DNA of 64,000 bases from Rhizobiales bacterium 64-17 (GCA_001899285.1 MKWA01000003.1:173493-237492), one strand, 5' to 3'; positions 29,284 through 37,752 are shown, numbered from the stretch's first letter. Notes: generated from the letters alone by a model not told the origin. Program-made: numbers and translations.

Positions 29284-30279
29284 ATGTCGTCCACGATCAC
29301 CATTCAGGCGGGCCAGGCGCTGGAGCGTATTCTCTCGCTGGAGATCGTGCGCGTCACTGAGCGCGCGGCCGTGTCGGCCGCGAGGTTGCGTGGCCACGGC
29401 AAGGACAAGGCGTCCGATCAGGCCGCCGTCGACGCCATGCGCCGCGAATTGAACAAGCTGCCGATCGACGGAACGGTTGTGATCGGCGAGGGCGAGATGG
29501 ACGAGGCGCCGATGCTGTTCATTGGCGAGCAGGTCGGCAACAAGAACGGTCCCAAGGTCGATATCGCCGTCGATCCGCTGGAAGGCACGACGCTGTGCGC
29601 CAAGAACATGCCGGGCGCGATCGCGACGCTCGCCATGGCGGAAGCCGGCACGCTGCTGCATGCGCCCGACTGCTACATGGACAAGATCGCCATCGGTCCT
29701 GGTTACCCGAAAGGCACCATCGATCTTGATGCGCCGGCCGACGAGAACATCATCTCGCTCGCCAAGGCCAAGGGCGTGAAGCCCTCGGAGATCACGGCGA
29801 TCCTGCTCGACCGGCCGCGCCACGCCAAGATCATCGAGGCGGTGCGCAAGACCGGCGCCGCCGTCAGTCTCATCTCGGACGGTGACGTCGCCGGCGTGAT
29901 CCATTGCGCCGAGCCGAAGACCGGCATCGACATCTATCTCGGTTCGGGCGGCGCGCCCGAGGGCGTGCTCGCCGCCGCCGCGTTGCGCTGCATCGGCGGG
30001 CAGATGCAGTGCCGTCTCGTCATCGACAGCGAGGCGCTGCGCGAGCGCACGCTGAAGATGGGCATCAAGGACCCGAAGAAGGTTTATGAGATCGAGGACA
30101 TGGTGAAGGGCGACTGCCTGTTCGCCGCCACCGGCGTCACCACCGGCGCGATGCTCACCGGCGTGAAGTTCGGCAAGAACATCATCGAGACCGAGACGGT
30201 GGTGATGCGCTCCGTCACCGGCACGGTGCGCTGGATCAGGGCCGAGCACCGCCAGCTCGACAAATTCCATCTCGATTGA
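29284..30279 (+). CDS. glpX: class II fructose-1,6-bisphosphatase
   Basis: ATG 29284. Motifs VIGEGEMDEAPML and DPLEGTT. Confidence 0.9.
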   Translation: MSSTITIQAGQALERILSLEIVRVTERAAVSAARLRGHGKDKASDQAAVDAMRRELNKLPIDGTVVIGEGEMDEAPMLFIGEQVGNKNGPKVDIAVDPLEGTTLCAKNMPGAIATLAMAEAGTLLHAPDCYMDKIAIGPGYPKGTIDLDAPADENIISLAKAKGVKPSEITAILLDRPRHAKIIEAVRKTGAAVSLISDGDVAGVIHCAEPKTGIDIYLGSGGAPEGVLAAAALRCIGGQMQCRLVIDSEALRERTLKMGIKDPKKVYEIEDMVKGDCLFAATGVTTGAMLTGVKFGKNIIETETVVMRSVTGTVRWIRAEHRQLDKFHLD

Positions 30280-30357
30280 GCCCGCGCGCCGCGTGGATTC
30301 GCGCGGCGCAGCGCTGTCCCTTTCGGACAGCGACTCGTGGCACTATCTGACCGTGTC

Positions 30358-32184
30358 ATGACAGCCTTGCCCGCAACCGCCGCGCCATCCGGCCGCGTCT
30401 TCCTCGGCGTCGAGCACTCCGTGCTCGGCCGCACCTGGCGCGACCGTCTCGACGAGCGCGGGCAGGGCCGCGCCATGGCGATCGCACAGCGTCATGCGCT
30501 GCCGGAACTGCTGGCGCGGGTGCTGGCCGGTCGCGGCGTCGAGCCGGACGAGGTGCAGTCGTTCCTCGATCCGGCGATCCGGACGCTGCTGCCCGATCCC
30601 GATGTGCTGACCGCGATGCCCGCCGCCGCCGCCCGCATCGCTGATGCGGTGACGGCCGGCGAACGCGTCGCGATCTTCGGCGATTACGATGTCGATGGCG
30701 CGTCGAGCGCGGCGCTGCTCGCCCGTTATCTGCGGCTGTGCGGGCTCGACCCGATCGTCTACATCCCCGATCGCATTTTCGAGGGTTACGGCCCGAACGT
30801 CGATGCGATCCGTGGGCTCGCCGAGCGCGGCGCGCGCCTGCTGATCACCGTCGATTGCGGCACGACCAGTCTCGAACCGCTCGCCGAGGCGAAACGTCTC
30901 GGCATGGACTGCGTGGTGATCGACCATCATCAGGCCGATGTCGAACTGCCGCCCGCCGTCGCCATCGTCAACCCGAACCGCGCCGACGATCTCTCGCATC
31001 TCGGCCATCTCGCGGCAGTCGGTCTCGTGTTCGTCACGCTGGTCGCGGTCGCGCGCGAATTGCGCCGCCGCGGCTTCTTCGAGACGCGCCGCGAGCCGGA
31101 CCTCCTGTCGATGCTGCATCTGGTCGCGCTCGGCACCATCGCCGACGTGGTGCCATTGACCGGATTGAACCGCGCCTTCGTCAACAAGGGGCTGATCGCG
31201 CTGCGTCGGCGCGAGCATCCGGGCCTGACGGCCTTGCTCGATGTGGCGCGACTCTCGGGCCCGCCGGAAGCGTGGCATCTCGGTTTCGCGCTCGGCCCGC
31301 GCATCAATGCCGGCGGGCGGATCGGCCGTGCCGATCTCGGCGCCTCGCTGCTGCTGGAAGACGACGGCACCGAGGCCGCGCGCATGGCGGCCGAACTCGA
31401 TCGCCTCAACAGCGAGCGGCAGGCGATCGAGCAGGCGACGCTGGAACAGGCGACCGCCGAGGCGATGGCCTCGCTCGGCATCGAGGAGAAGGGCGCCGTC
31501 ATCGTCACCGCCGGCGAGGGCTGGCATCCCGGCGTGGTCGGCATCGTCGCCGGGCGCTTAAAGGAAAAATACGGACGGCCGGCGTTTGCCATCGGCTTCG
31601 AGCGCGGCGGCATCGGCACCGGCTCGGGACGCTCGGTGCCGGGCGCCGATCTCGGTCAGGCGGTGCGGCGCGCGGTCGCCGCCGGTATCCTGCACAAGGG
31701 CGGCGGTCATGCCATGGCGGCGGGCGTCACCTTGCACCGGGACAACCTGTCGCGTTTCCGGGCCTTCATCGAGGAGGCGCTGGCAACGGCGGTCGAGAGC
31801 GCGCGGCGGAACGACGCCTTGCTGATCGACGGCGCGGTGTCGGCCGGTGCCGCCACCGTCGACCTCGCAACCTTGCTCAACCGCGCCGGCCCGTTCGGCA
31901 GCGGCAATCCGGAGCCGGTGCTGGCATTTCCCTCGCATACCGTCGCGTTCGCCGATGTGGTCGGCGAGAAGCATGTGCGGGTGCGGCTGCGCGCCGGCGA
32001 CGGCAGCATGGTCAACGGCATCGCCTTCCGCGCGGCGCAGGAGCCGCTCGGCCGCGCGCTGATCGGCAATCGCGGCCACCGCGTGCATGTGGCGGGTGCT
32101 CTGTCGATCGACCGCTGGCAGGGCGAGGAGCGCGTGCAACTGCGGCTGATCGACGTTGCCGAGGCGGAAAGCCGTTCGGTGTGA
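30358..32184 (+). CDS. recJ: single-stranded-DNA-specific exonuclease RecJ
   Basis: DHH motifs IFGDYDVDGASS, TVDCG and VIDHH, plus DHHA1 GGGHAMAAG. The start is ATG 30358 or GTG 30337. Confidence 0.9.
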   Translation: MTALPATAAPSGRVFLGVEHSVLGRTWRDRLDERGQGRAMAIAQRHALPELLARVLAGRGVEPDEVQSFLDPAIRTLLPDPDVLTAMPAAAARIADAVTAGERVAIFGDYDVDGASSAALLARYLRLCGLDPIVYIPDRIFEGYGPNVDAIRGLAERGARLLITVDCGTTSLEPLAEAKRLGMDCVVIDHHQADVELPPAVAIVNPNRADDLSHLGHLAAVGLVFVTLVAVARELRRRGFFETRREPDLLSMLHLVALGTIADVVPLTGLNRAFVNKGLIALRRREHPGLTALLDVARLSGPPEAWHLGFALGPRINAGGRIGRADLGASLLLEDDGTEAARMAAELDRLNSERQAIEQATLEQATAEAMASLGIEEKGAVIVTAGEGWHPGVVGIVAGRLKEKYGRPAFAIGFERGGIGTGSGRSVPGADLGQAVRRAVAAGILHKGGGHAMAAGVTLHRDNLSRFRAFIEEALATAVESARRNDALLIDGAVSAGAATVDLATLLNRAGPFGSGNPEPVLAFPSHTVAFADVVGEKHVRVRLRAGDGSMVNGIAFRAAQEPLGRALIGNRGHRVHVAGALSIDRWQGEERVQLRLIDVAEAESRSV

Positions 32185-32188
32185 CGCC

Positions 32189-32530
32189 TCAGTCCTTCTT
32201 GCCGCAGAACACCTGATAGACCGCGCCGACGATCACGCGCGCTTCCTCGCTGGCGAGGCTGTAATAGATCGTCTTGCCGTCGCGGCGGGTCGAGACCAGC
32301 CCTTCGCCCCGCAACCGCGCGAGCTGTTGCGATACGCTCGGCTGGCGCAGCGCCAGCATGTGTTCAAGCTCGCTGACCGACTTCTCGCCCTCGGCGAGAA
32401 TGCACAGGATCATCAGTCGGCTTTCGTGCGACAGGACTTTGAGAAAATCGGCCGCGCGCTGCGCCTTTTCCATCATCGGCGCGGCGTCATCCTGCGGGGC
32501 AGCCAGGTTGGTCGCGAGTTTGGTCGGCAT
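32189..32530 (-). CDS. soxR: ArsR/SmtB-family transcriptional regulator (SoxR-like by context)
   Basis: Winged-helix core LKVLSHESRLMILCIL...SVSELEHMLALRQPSVSQQLARLR. It is adjacent to a periplasmic thioredoxin and the sox genes. Confidence 0.7.
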   Translation of the reverse strand: MPTKLATNLAAPQDDAAPMMEKAQRAADFLKVLSHESRLMILCILAEGEKSVSELEHMLALRQPSVSQQLARLRGEGLVSTRRDGKTIYYSLASEEARVIVGAVYQVFCGKKD

Positions 32531-32569
32531 GGTGCTGCGTGGGCTTCGCCGGCCGCAGACTAGACCTTA

Positions 32570-32986
32570 TCAGCCCTTGATACGCAATGACTTTTCCTGA
32601 TCCGAAGCCTTGCCCAACGTCCGTTCCACCATGGCGTCGAACAGGCCCCAGAAATGGTCCTCGCCGGGATAGCCCCTGATCCGGCCGAGTTCGCGCCCCT
32701 GATCGACCAGCACGAACACCGGGGTGATGCGCTCGACCTGCACGAAGGCGAGGTCCGCCGGCAGCTTGCCGTAGATATCGACCCGGCGTAGCGGCGCCAG
32801 CTTCCCCGATGCGGTTTTCGGATAGATCGGCGCGATCTCCCGGTCGAACGCCTCGCACCACGGGCAGGCGGCGCGCTCGAACATGATCAGTTCCGCCGCG
32901 CGCGCGGGTTGTGCAGCGAGCGCGAGGCCGATCAGGACGGCGGACAGGAGCAGGCGGAGCGAAACCATGACAACCCTTCCGGGCAA
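32570..32986 (-). CDS. soxS: periplasmic thioredoxin-like protein (SoxS-like)
   Basis: Signal peptide and CPWC redox motif. The position next to the ArsR-type regulator is as in canonical sox clusters. Confidence 0.6.
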   Translation of the reverse strand: MPGRVVMVSLRLLLSAVLIGLALAAQPARAAELIMFERAACPWCEAFDREIAPIYPKTASGKLAPLRRVDIYGKLPADLAFVQVERITPVFVLVDQGRELGRIRGYPGEDHFWGLFDAMVERTLGKASDQEKSLRIKG

Positions 32987-33015
32987 AGCCCCGGCAGGCG
33001 CTACTTAGGCGGTTC

Positions 33016-33747
33016 TCAGCCGAAACGGAAGGCGAGCAGGTTGTCGTAGGAGCGCAACTCGATCACGATTCGATGAAACAGATCGGCGTCCCGCGTCTCG
33101 ATGGATTTGGCGACCAGATTGAGGCTGGCGGCGATCCCGTCGATCAGCCGGCGGAATTCCGGGCTGGCTTTGACCTCCGGCGCGGCCATGCCGTCGCAAC
33201 GCTGCACGGTAGCACGGTAGGCTTGCGCCTTCGCCGCCATGTCGGCGGTCAGGGCAGGCGACCAGGCGAGCGGCTGACGGTCAAGCGCGCCGAGTGCCGC
33301 CATCGCCCCGTTGGCGTCGAGCACGCAATCGGCCAGCACCGCGACGCCGCTCTTGCGGCGCAGGTTCGAGAGCGCATCGCGCACGCCGGCGAGCGCCGTC
33401 TCGGCGGCCTCCGCGCGGCCGGACGACAGCATCATGTCGGCCGTCACCAATCTGGTGCTGATGTCGGTCAGCGTCGTGGTGAAAAGCTCCGGCGCGAACG
33501 CATCCGGGCGATCCTTGCCGAAGGTGCCGACCACCGTGGCCCAGGCGCCGCGCAGCCGTTCGAGCTCGAGCGTCGCCAGATCGGTGTTGCCGGTGCGCAG
33601 ATAGCCGAGCGCCACGCGGTTATGCGCGGCGGCATTCTCGACCGCCTGATTGAAATCCGCGAGCGAGGCCGCGCCGAACACGCCGGCCGGTGCCGCCAGC
33701 GTCAGGAGGAGAGCCAGAACCGCCGATCTGATCGCCGTGCGCCGCAT
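33016..33747 (-). CDS. hypothetical secreted protein, predicted all-helical, 243 aa
   Basis: Signal peptide MRRTAIRSAVLALLLTLAAPAGVFGA. It has two Cys, no heme or thioredoxin motif, and no TM segments after the signal. It is co-oriented with and 29 bp upstream of the soxS-like gene. Confidence 0.6.
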   Translation of the reverse strand: MRRTAIRSAVLALLLTLAAPAGVFGAASLADFNQAVENAAAHNRVALGYLRTGNTDLATLELERLRGAWATVVGTFGKDRPDAFAPELFTTTLTDISTRLVTADMMLSSGRAEAAETALAGVRDALSNLRRKSGVAVLADCVLDANGAMAALGALDRQPLAWSPALTADMAAKAQAYRATVQRCDGMAAPEVKASPEFRRLIDGIAASLNLVAKSIETRDADLFHRIVIELRSYDNLLAFRFG

Positions 33748-33848
33748 GGACCTTCACCAGACTGTGAGTACCGGGGCCGTTCTGATATGAATAGATGCGT
33801 TCCGCAAGAGTACGGGATGACAAGAGCACGGACTGGGCAGAGGCGACC

Positions 33849-34451
33849 ATGCTGGATCGGCGAGCATTTCTGACGACAGGGCTGGCGGGCGGAGCCGCGC
33901 TGGCCGGCTTGTCTTCGGCCGTTCCTTTCGGCGCCTCTTCGGCCGTTGCCGCCGAGGGACCGATCCTGACGGACGACGGGCTCTACAAGGAGCCGTGGTT
34001 CCTCGAAAGCTTCCTCGAACTGCCGGACGATCTCGACGGCGCGCGCAAGGCCGGCAAGCGTTTTGCGATCATGTGGGAGCTGCGCGGCTGCCCGTATTGC
34101 AAGGAAACGCATTTCGTCAATTTCGCGCAGCCGCGAATTTCCGATTATGTGAAATCGAATTTCGAGATGTTGCAGCTCAACATCATCGGCTCGCGCAAGG
34201 TGACGGATTTCGACGGCGAGGAACTGACCGAGAAGGCGCTTGCGGCGAAGTACGGCGTGCGCTTCACTCCGACATTCCAGTTCTTCCCGGACACGCTCGA
34301 CGGCTTGAAAGACAAGCCGCCGGTGAAGCGCGAAGTGGCCCGCATCCCCGGTTATTTCCGTCCGGACGATTTCCTCGCCATGTTCCGCTATGTGCGGGAG
34401 AAGGCTTACGAGAACAAAAGCTTCATCGACTTCGTGAAATCGGGCGCGTGA
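33849..34451 (+). CDS. soxW: Tat-exported thioredoxin-fold protein (SoxW-like)
   Basis: ATG 33849 with twin-arginine signal MLDRRAFLTTGLAGGAALAG. Redox motif CPYC. Confidence 0.7.
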   Translation: MLDRRAFLTTGLAGGAALAGLSSAVPFGASSAVAAEGPILTDDGLYKEPWFLESFLELPDDLDGARKAGKRFAIMWELRGCPYCKETHFVNFAQPRISDYVKSNFEMLQLNIIGSRKVTDFDGEELTEKALAAKYGVRFTPTFQFFPDTLDGLKDKPPVKREVARIPGYFRPDDFLAMFRYVREKAYENKSFIDFVKSGA

Positions 34452-34476
34452 GCACGGCGAAATTCGCGTGAAAAGA

Positions 34477-34501
34477 AAACGGCGGCCGGTGGCCGCCGTT
34501 T
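34477..34501. terminator. bidirectional hairpin terminator between soxW-like and DsrE-like genes
   Basis: An 11-bp perfect stem, AAACGGCGGCC/GGCCGCCGTTT, with a 3-nt loop. It is flanked by A- and T-runs. Confidence 0.65.
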
Positions 34502-34527
34502 CGCGTTTTAAGTGGGCGCGGCCGCGA

Positions 34528-35043
34528 TCAGCCACTCTTGAGATAGGCGTAGCCCTTGCTCTGCAATTCGGCGACGGTGGCGACGCCGGACGGGACGAAT
34601 TTCAGGAACGATGCGTCGCGCGTCTTGCCGAGATCGATCTTATTGCGCTGATAGGTGATCTTGCAAAGGTAGGCTTCAACGCCGAATTTCGCGAGACCTT
34701 CCGCGCGCTTGAACAAGTCCTCGTCGATCGTGTCTTTCTCCCACGGTGTGCCGCTGCGGTCGGCCAGGAAGAATTTGAGGCCGGCGCCGTGCACCACCAT
34801 CACCAGCTTCACGCGCATCGTGTCGAAGTCGTAGACCGACAGATGATTGTTCATGTTGGTGAGCATTTGCGAGAAACGGTTCGGATCGCCGAAATCACAG
34901 TGATAAAGGCAGGCGATATCGGTGTCCTTCTTCAGTGCCTGCAATTCGAGGCTGGCGGGTGCCGCGGCTGCAAGCCGCGTCGCACCGATGGCTGTGCCGG
35001 AAATGGCGAGGGCACCGAGCAGATGTCGCCGGCTGGTGTTCAT
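34528..35043 (-). CDS. Tat-exported DsrE/DsrF-like family protein
   Basis: Twin-arginine signal MNTSRRHLLGALAISG. The mature part (ACLYHCDFGDP..., VMVVHGAGLKFF) resembles the DsrE-like COG1416 fold from memory. Confidence 0.65.
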   Translation of the reverse strand: MNTSRRHLLGALAISGTAIGATRLAAAAPASLELQALKKDTDIACLYHCDFGDPNRFSQMLTNMNNHLSVYDFDTMRVKLVMVVHGAGLKFFLADRSGTPWEKDTIDEDLFKRAEGLAKFGVEAYLCKITYQRNKIDLGKTRDASFLKFVPSGVATVAELQSKGYAYLKSG

Positions 35044-35143
35044 GGTCTGATGTCCTTCGTTCAGGGCGCGCCGATCCTACACCCGATCATGCCGGCTGAG
35101 GATGGAGCCTGAAAGAAAGTTTTATCAAAGACCGGCGAGCGCC

Positions 35144-35180
35144 AATGAAAACGTCCGCTCCAGCCGGGCCGGAGCGGACG
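35144..35180 (-). terminator. rho-independent terminator after soxX
   Basis: A 10-bp stem, CGTCCGCTCC/GGAGCGGACG (35152-35180). On the minus strand it is followed by TTTTCATT. Confidence 0.65.
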
Positions 35181-35184
35181 ATGT

Positions 35185-35221
35185 TTCTTGGTCGCGATTC
35201 TTGGTCGCGATTCTTGGTCGC
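35185..35221. repeat. 13-bp tandem repeat TTCTTGGTCGCGA x 2.8
   Basis: Copies at 35185-35197 and 35198-35210, plus a partial copy at 35211-35221. The repeat lies between the soxX stop codon and its terminator hairpin. Confidence 0.85.
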
Positions 35222-35227
35222 TTGTGA

Positions 35228-35878
35228 CTACTTGTTGACCGGACTGTCCTTGGCCATCAGCAACGCCACCAGATCCTTGATCTGATCCATGCTGAGAACC
35301 TTGTTGGTGCCGAAACGCGGCATCAGCGAGCAGGGGAAGGAGGCGTGCGAGTCGTAGATCTTCTCGTACGCGGCCTTGACCTCGCTGTCCTTGAAGTCGC
35401 GCAGCTTGCCATAGCCGAGCAGGCTCGGGCCGATGGTGCCGTAGCTGACTTCCGCTTGGGTGAGCTGATGGCAGGCATAGCAGTTGCCGCCGTTCGGGTT
35501 GCGCGCCGGATAGTCAGTGAAACGCAAACCGTAGCCGGATTGCGCGATGCGCTCACCCTTCTTCCAGTCGCCCATATAGTTGTTGTCGGCGGGATACTGG
35601 ATCTTCGCCTTCTCGGCCTTTTCGATCGCCTGGAACTGCGCCTTCGGTGGGCTGTTGTGGGTCGCGGCGCAGACTTTCATCGTGTCGTCCGGCGTCAGGC
35701 GCGGCTGCCATTCTTCCGGCGGCGCCGGGAAGGCGGGCAGGCCGGCCTTGATCACGGCGTCGACCTTGGCGGCGGACACGGTGACTTTCTTTTCCGCCTT
35801 GGCCTTCTTCTGCTGGGCGATGGCGGAGCCGGTGCCGAAGGCGAGCAGGGCGGCGGCGGCGATGGTGATGATTTTCAT
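35228..35878 (-). CDS. soxX: SoxX, monoheme cytochrome c subunit of SoxAX
   Basis: ATG 35878 (MKIITIAAAALLAFGTGSAIA). Single heme motif CYACH. 216 aa with a Lys/Ala-rich N-terminal linker. The rest of the 497-aa track ORF is an out-of-frame run-on over soxA. Confidence 0.85.
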   Translation of the reverse strand: MKIITIAAAALLAFGTGSAIAQQKKAKAEKKVTVSAAKVDAVIKAGLPAFPAPPEEWQPRLTPDDTMKVCAATHNSPPKAQFQAIEKAEKAKIQYPADNNYMGDWKKGERIAQSGYGLRFTDYPARNPNGGNCYACHQLTQAEVSYGTIGPSLLGYGKLRDFKDSEVKAAYEKIYDSHASFPCSLMPRFGTNKVLSMDQIKDLVALLMAKDSPVNK

Positions 35879-35892
35879 GGTCGTCCCCCCTC

Positions 35893-36714
35893 TCAGCGCT
35901 TCAGGCCGGGCGCGGCAATCTCGCCGCCCTCGGCATTCTTGGTCAGATAGGAAATCAGCGCGACGGTGAGTTCGGAGCCCATTTCCGGCGCCGGCAACCG
36001 CATCTGCCAGTAGCAGTCGACGAGGCGGTGCTGCATCGTCATCACGTTGGTCGATGACACACGATAGGCAGGCCATTCGCCCATCACGGCTTTCGCGCCG
36101 GCAGGCGCGGCGAGGTGTGCCAGCGGCTGCAGGCGGATGCGCTTGCCGGCCTCGGCGTGGCAGGTGGTGCAGGCGAAGTCGAACGGGCCGGAGCGCCGGT
36201 TGAACAGCGCCTCGCCGAGCGCGACCATTTCCTTTTCCTGCGGCTTGTCGAGCTTGGCGGAGAACTTCATGCCGCTCGACTTGTTCGCGACCCAGGTGGC
36301 GATGGCGCCGGTGTCCTTCACCGGCTGTCCGCCGCCCGGATGCGGGTTCTTGATAAGATCGGCGTGCTGGAAGCCCTGGATCTTCTCCTGGCACCAGAGC
36401 AGGCGGGTTTCGAGATCCATCACCTTGCCGGCATCGGCGAAATAACGCGGCAGCTCCGCGAAGGCGCCATCCACCTTGCCGGGGCCTTTGCCGAGGTCGC
36501 AGGTCTCGAGCGAGACCTTGTTCGGGCCGCGCGGTGTTTTCCACAACGCCTCGCCGCGGTCGGCGTCGAGAAGACCCGGATTGCTCCACGGGTCTTCCTT
36601 CATCATCTGCCGGTATTTCTCGATGGCTTTTTCGGTGTCGCTGTCCTGCGCCACCGCAAGAGCGGGGCATGCCAAAGCGAGGCAGGCCGCCAGCACGGCT
36701 GTTCTCATTTTCAC
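35893..36714 (-). CDS. soxA: SoxA, cytochrome c subunit of SoxAX (single CxxCH, type II-like)
   Basis: Signal peptide. There is only one heme motif, CTTCH. The candidate distal Cys ligand lies in VDCYWQ. 273 aa. Confidence 0.9.
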   Translation of the reverse strand: MKMRTAVLAACLALACPALAVAQDSDTEKAIEKYRQMMKEDPWSNPGLLDADRGEALWKTPRGPNKVSLETCDLGKGPGKVDGAFAELPRYFADAGKVMDLETRLLWCQEKIQGFQHADLIKNPHPGGGQPVKDTGAIATWVANKSSGMKFSAKLDKPQEKEMVALGEALFNRRSGPFDFACTTCHAEAGKRIRLQPLAHLAAPAGAKAVMGEWPAYRVSSTNVMTMQHRLVDCYWQMRLPAPEMGSELTVALISYLTKNAEGGEIAAPGLKR

Positions 36715-36807
36715 CGGTCATCCTCCATGGATTTTCTTTTCGCGAGCTTGTCCGGACCGCGTTCGCACACGCAACATTTCCTGCCTAAGCTCTTGTCGTT
36801 GCTGACG

Positions 36808-36825
36808 AACAATACATACATTGTT
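36808..36825. promoter_or_regulatory. AT-rich palindrome AACAAT-ACATAC-ATTGTT in the soxA/soxY divergent region (candidate SoxR operator)
   Basis: A 6+6 inverted repeat in the most AT-rich part of the 222-bp divergent intergenic region. Confidence 0.35.
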
Positions 36826-36885
36826 TTGAATGAAAAGAGCCGTTATGGTCCCGCACGAAATTGAATGTCGCGCAATGCGTGAGCA

Positions 36886-36914
36886 AGCAACGGCGCAAGC
36901 CAGCAACGGCGCAA
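36886..36914 (+). repeat. direct repeat AGCAACGGCGCAA x2 (16-bp period) just upstream of the soxY RBS
   Basis: Identical 13-mers at 36886-36898 and 36902-36914. Confidence 0.8.
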
Positions 36915-36936
36915 AGCCAAGGGCAGGAGACCTGAA

Positions 36937-37389
36937 ATGACGTTGATGATCAACCGCCGGCAAGCGCTCGCGGTCGGTGCGGGGGCGGTGGTGCTGGCGG
37001 GCGGGTTTTCCGTGCCGGCGTTCGCGAAGAACGATTCCGCCGAGCTGATCGAGAAGTTCACCGGCGGCAAGAAGCCGGCGGACGGCAAGATCAAGCTCGA
37101 TCTTCCCGAGATCGCCGAGAACGGCAACACCGTGCCGATGACGGTGTCGGTCGAGAGCCCGATGACCGAGCAGTCCTATGTGCAGGAAGTGCTGATCGTC
37201 ACCGACGAAAATCCGCGTGCCGGCGTCGCGACCTTCCACTTCACGCCGCAGAGCGGCGTTGCGGAAGCCAACGTCCGCATCCGCCTGGCGCAGACGCAGA
37301 ACGTCGTCGCCATCGCGAAAATGAACGACGGCTCGCTGTTCACCACCAGCAAGCAGGTCAAGGTCACCATCGGCGGCTGCGGCGGCTGA
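36937..37389 (+). CDS. soxY: SoxY, sulfur carrier protein
   Basis: Signal MINRRQALAVGAGAVVLAG and the diagnostic C-terminus VTIGGCGG. Confidence 0.95.
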   Translation: MTLMINRRQALAVGAGAVVLAGGFSVPAFAKNDSAELIEKFTGGKKPADGKIKLDLPEIAENGNTVPMTVSVESPMTEQSYVQEVLIVTDENPRAGVATFHFTPQSGVAEANVRIRLAQTQNVVAIAKMNDGSLFTTSKQVKVTIGGCGG

Positions 37390-37421
37390 CGCGCGGCGCA
37401 AACGGATAAAGGAACAGGACA

Positions 37422-37745
37422 ATGGCAGCACCCCGCATCAAGCTCGACAAGAAGGAAGCCAAGAAGGGCGACATCGTCGAGGTGAAGGCGCTCGTCGCTC
37501 ACGTCATGGAATCGGGTCAGCGCAAGAACGCCAAGGGCGAGATCATCCCGCGCAAGATCCTCAACAAGTTCACCTGCACGGTGGCGGGCAAGGAAGTGTT
37601 CTCGGCCGATTTCGAGCCGGCGATCGCCGCCAATCCGTATATCCAGTTCAAATTCCGCGCGACCGAATCCGGTCCGGTGGTGCTGACCTGGGTCGATGAC
37701 GACGGCTCCAAGATCGTCGGTGAGGACAAGATCACCGTCAGCTAA
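37422..37745 (+). CDS. soxZ: SoxZ, partner of SoxY
   Basis: 107 aa, immediately after soxY. The sequence is SoxZ-like: PRIKLDKKEAKKGDIVEVKALVAHVMESG. Confidence 0.9.
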   Translation: MAAPRIKLDKKEAKKGDIVEVKALVAHVMESGQRKNAKGEIIPRKILNKFTCTVAGKEVFSADFEPAIAANPYIQFKFRATESGPVVLTWVDDDGSKIVGEDKITVS

Positions 37746-37752
37746 CGCCAAC

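Noticed and set aside
26250-29303. 1017-aa minus-strand ORF, the longest in the track.
   Set aside because: It lies antisense to the well-supported aminotransferase and homoserine dehydrogenase genes. Its translation is Arg/Ala/Asp/Gly/His-rich low complexity with no motifs. It is a typical shadow ORF of high-GC DNA, where stop codons are rare on the opposite strand.
35185-35221. Tandem 13-bp repeats considered as a CRISPR-like array.
   Set aside because: The units are directly adjacent with no spacers, there are only 2.8 copies of 13 bp, and there are no cas genes. It is a simple tandem repeat.
35879-36721. N-terminal 280 residues of the 497-aa track ORF that ends as SoxX.
   Set aside because: This part is an out-of-frame read-through across soxA and is Arg/Gly/Pro-rich. 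SoxX has its own ATG (35878) and signal peptide. SoxA is encoded in a different frame with its own signal peptide and heme motif.
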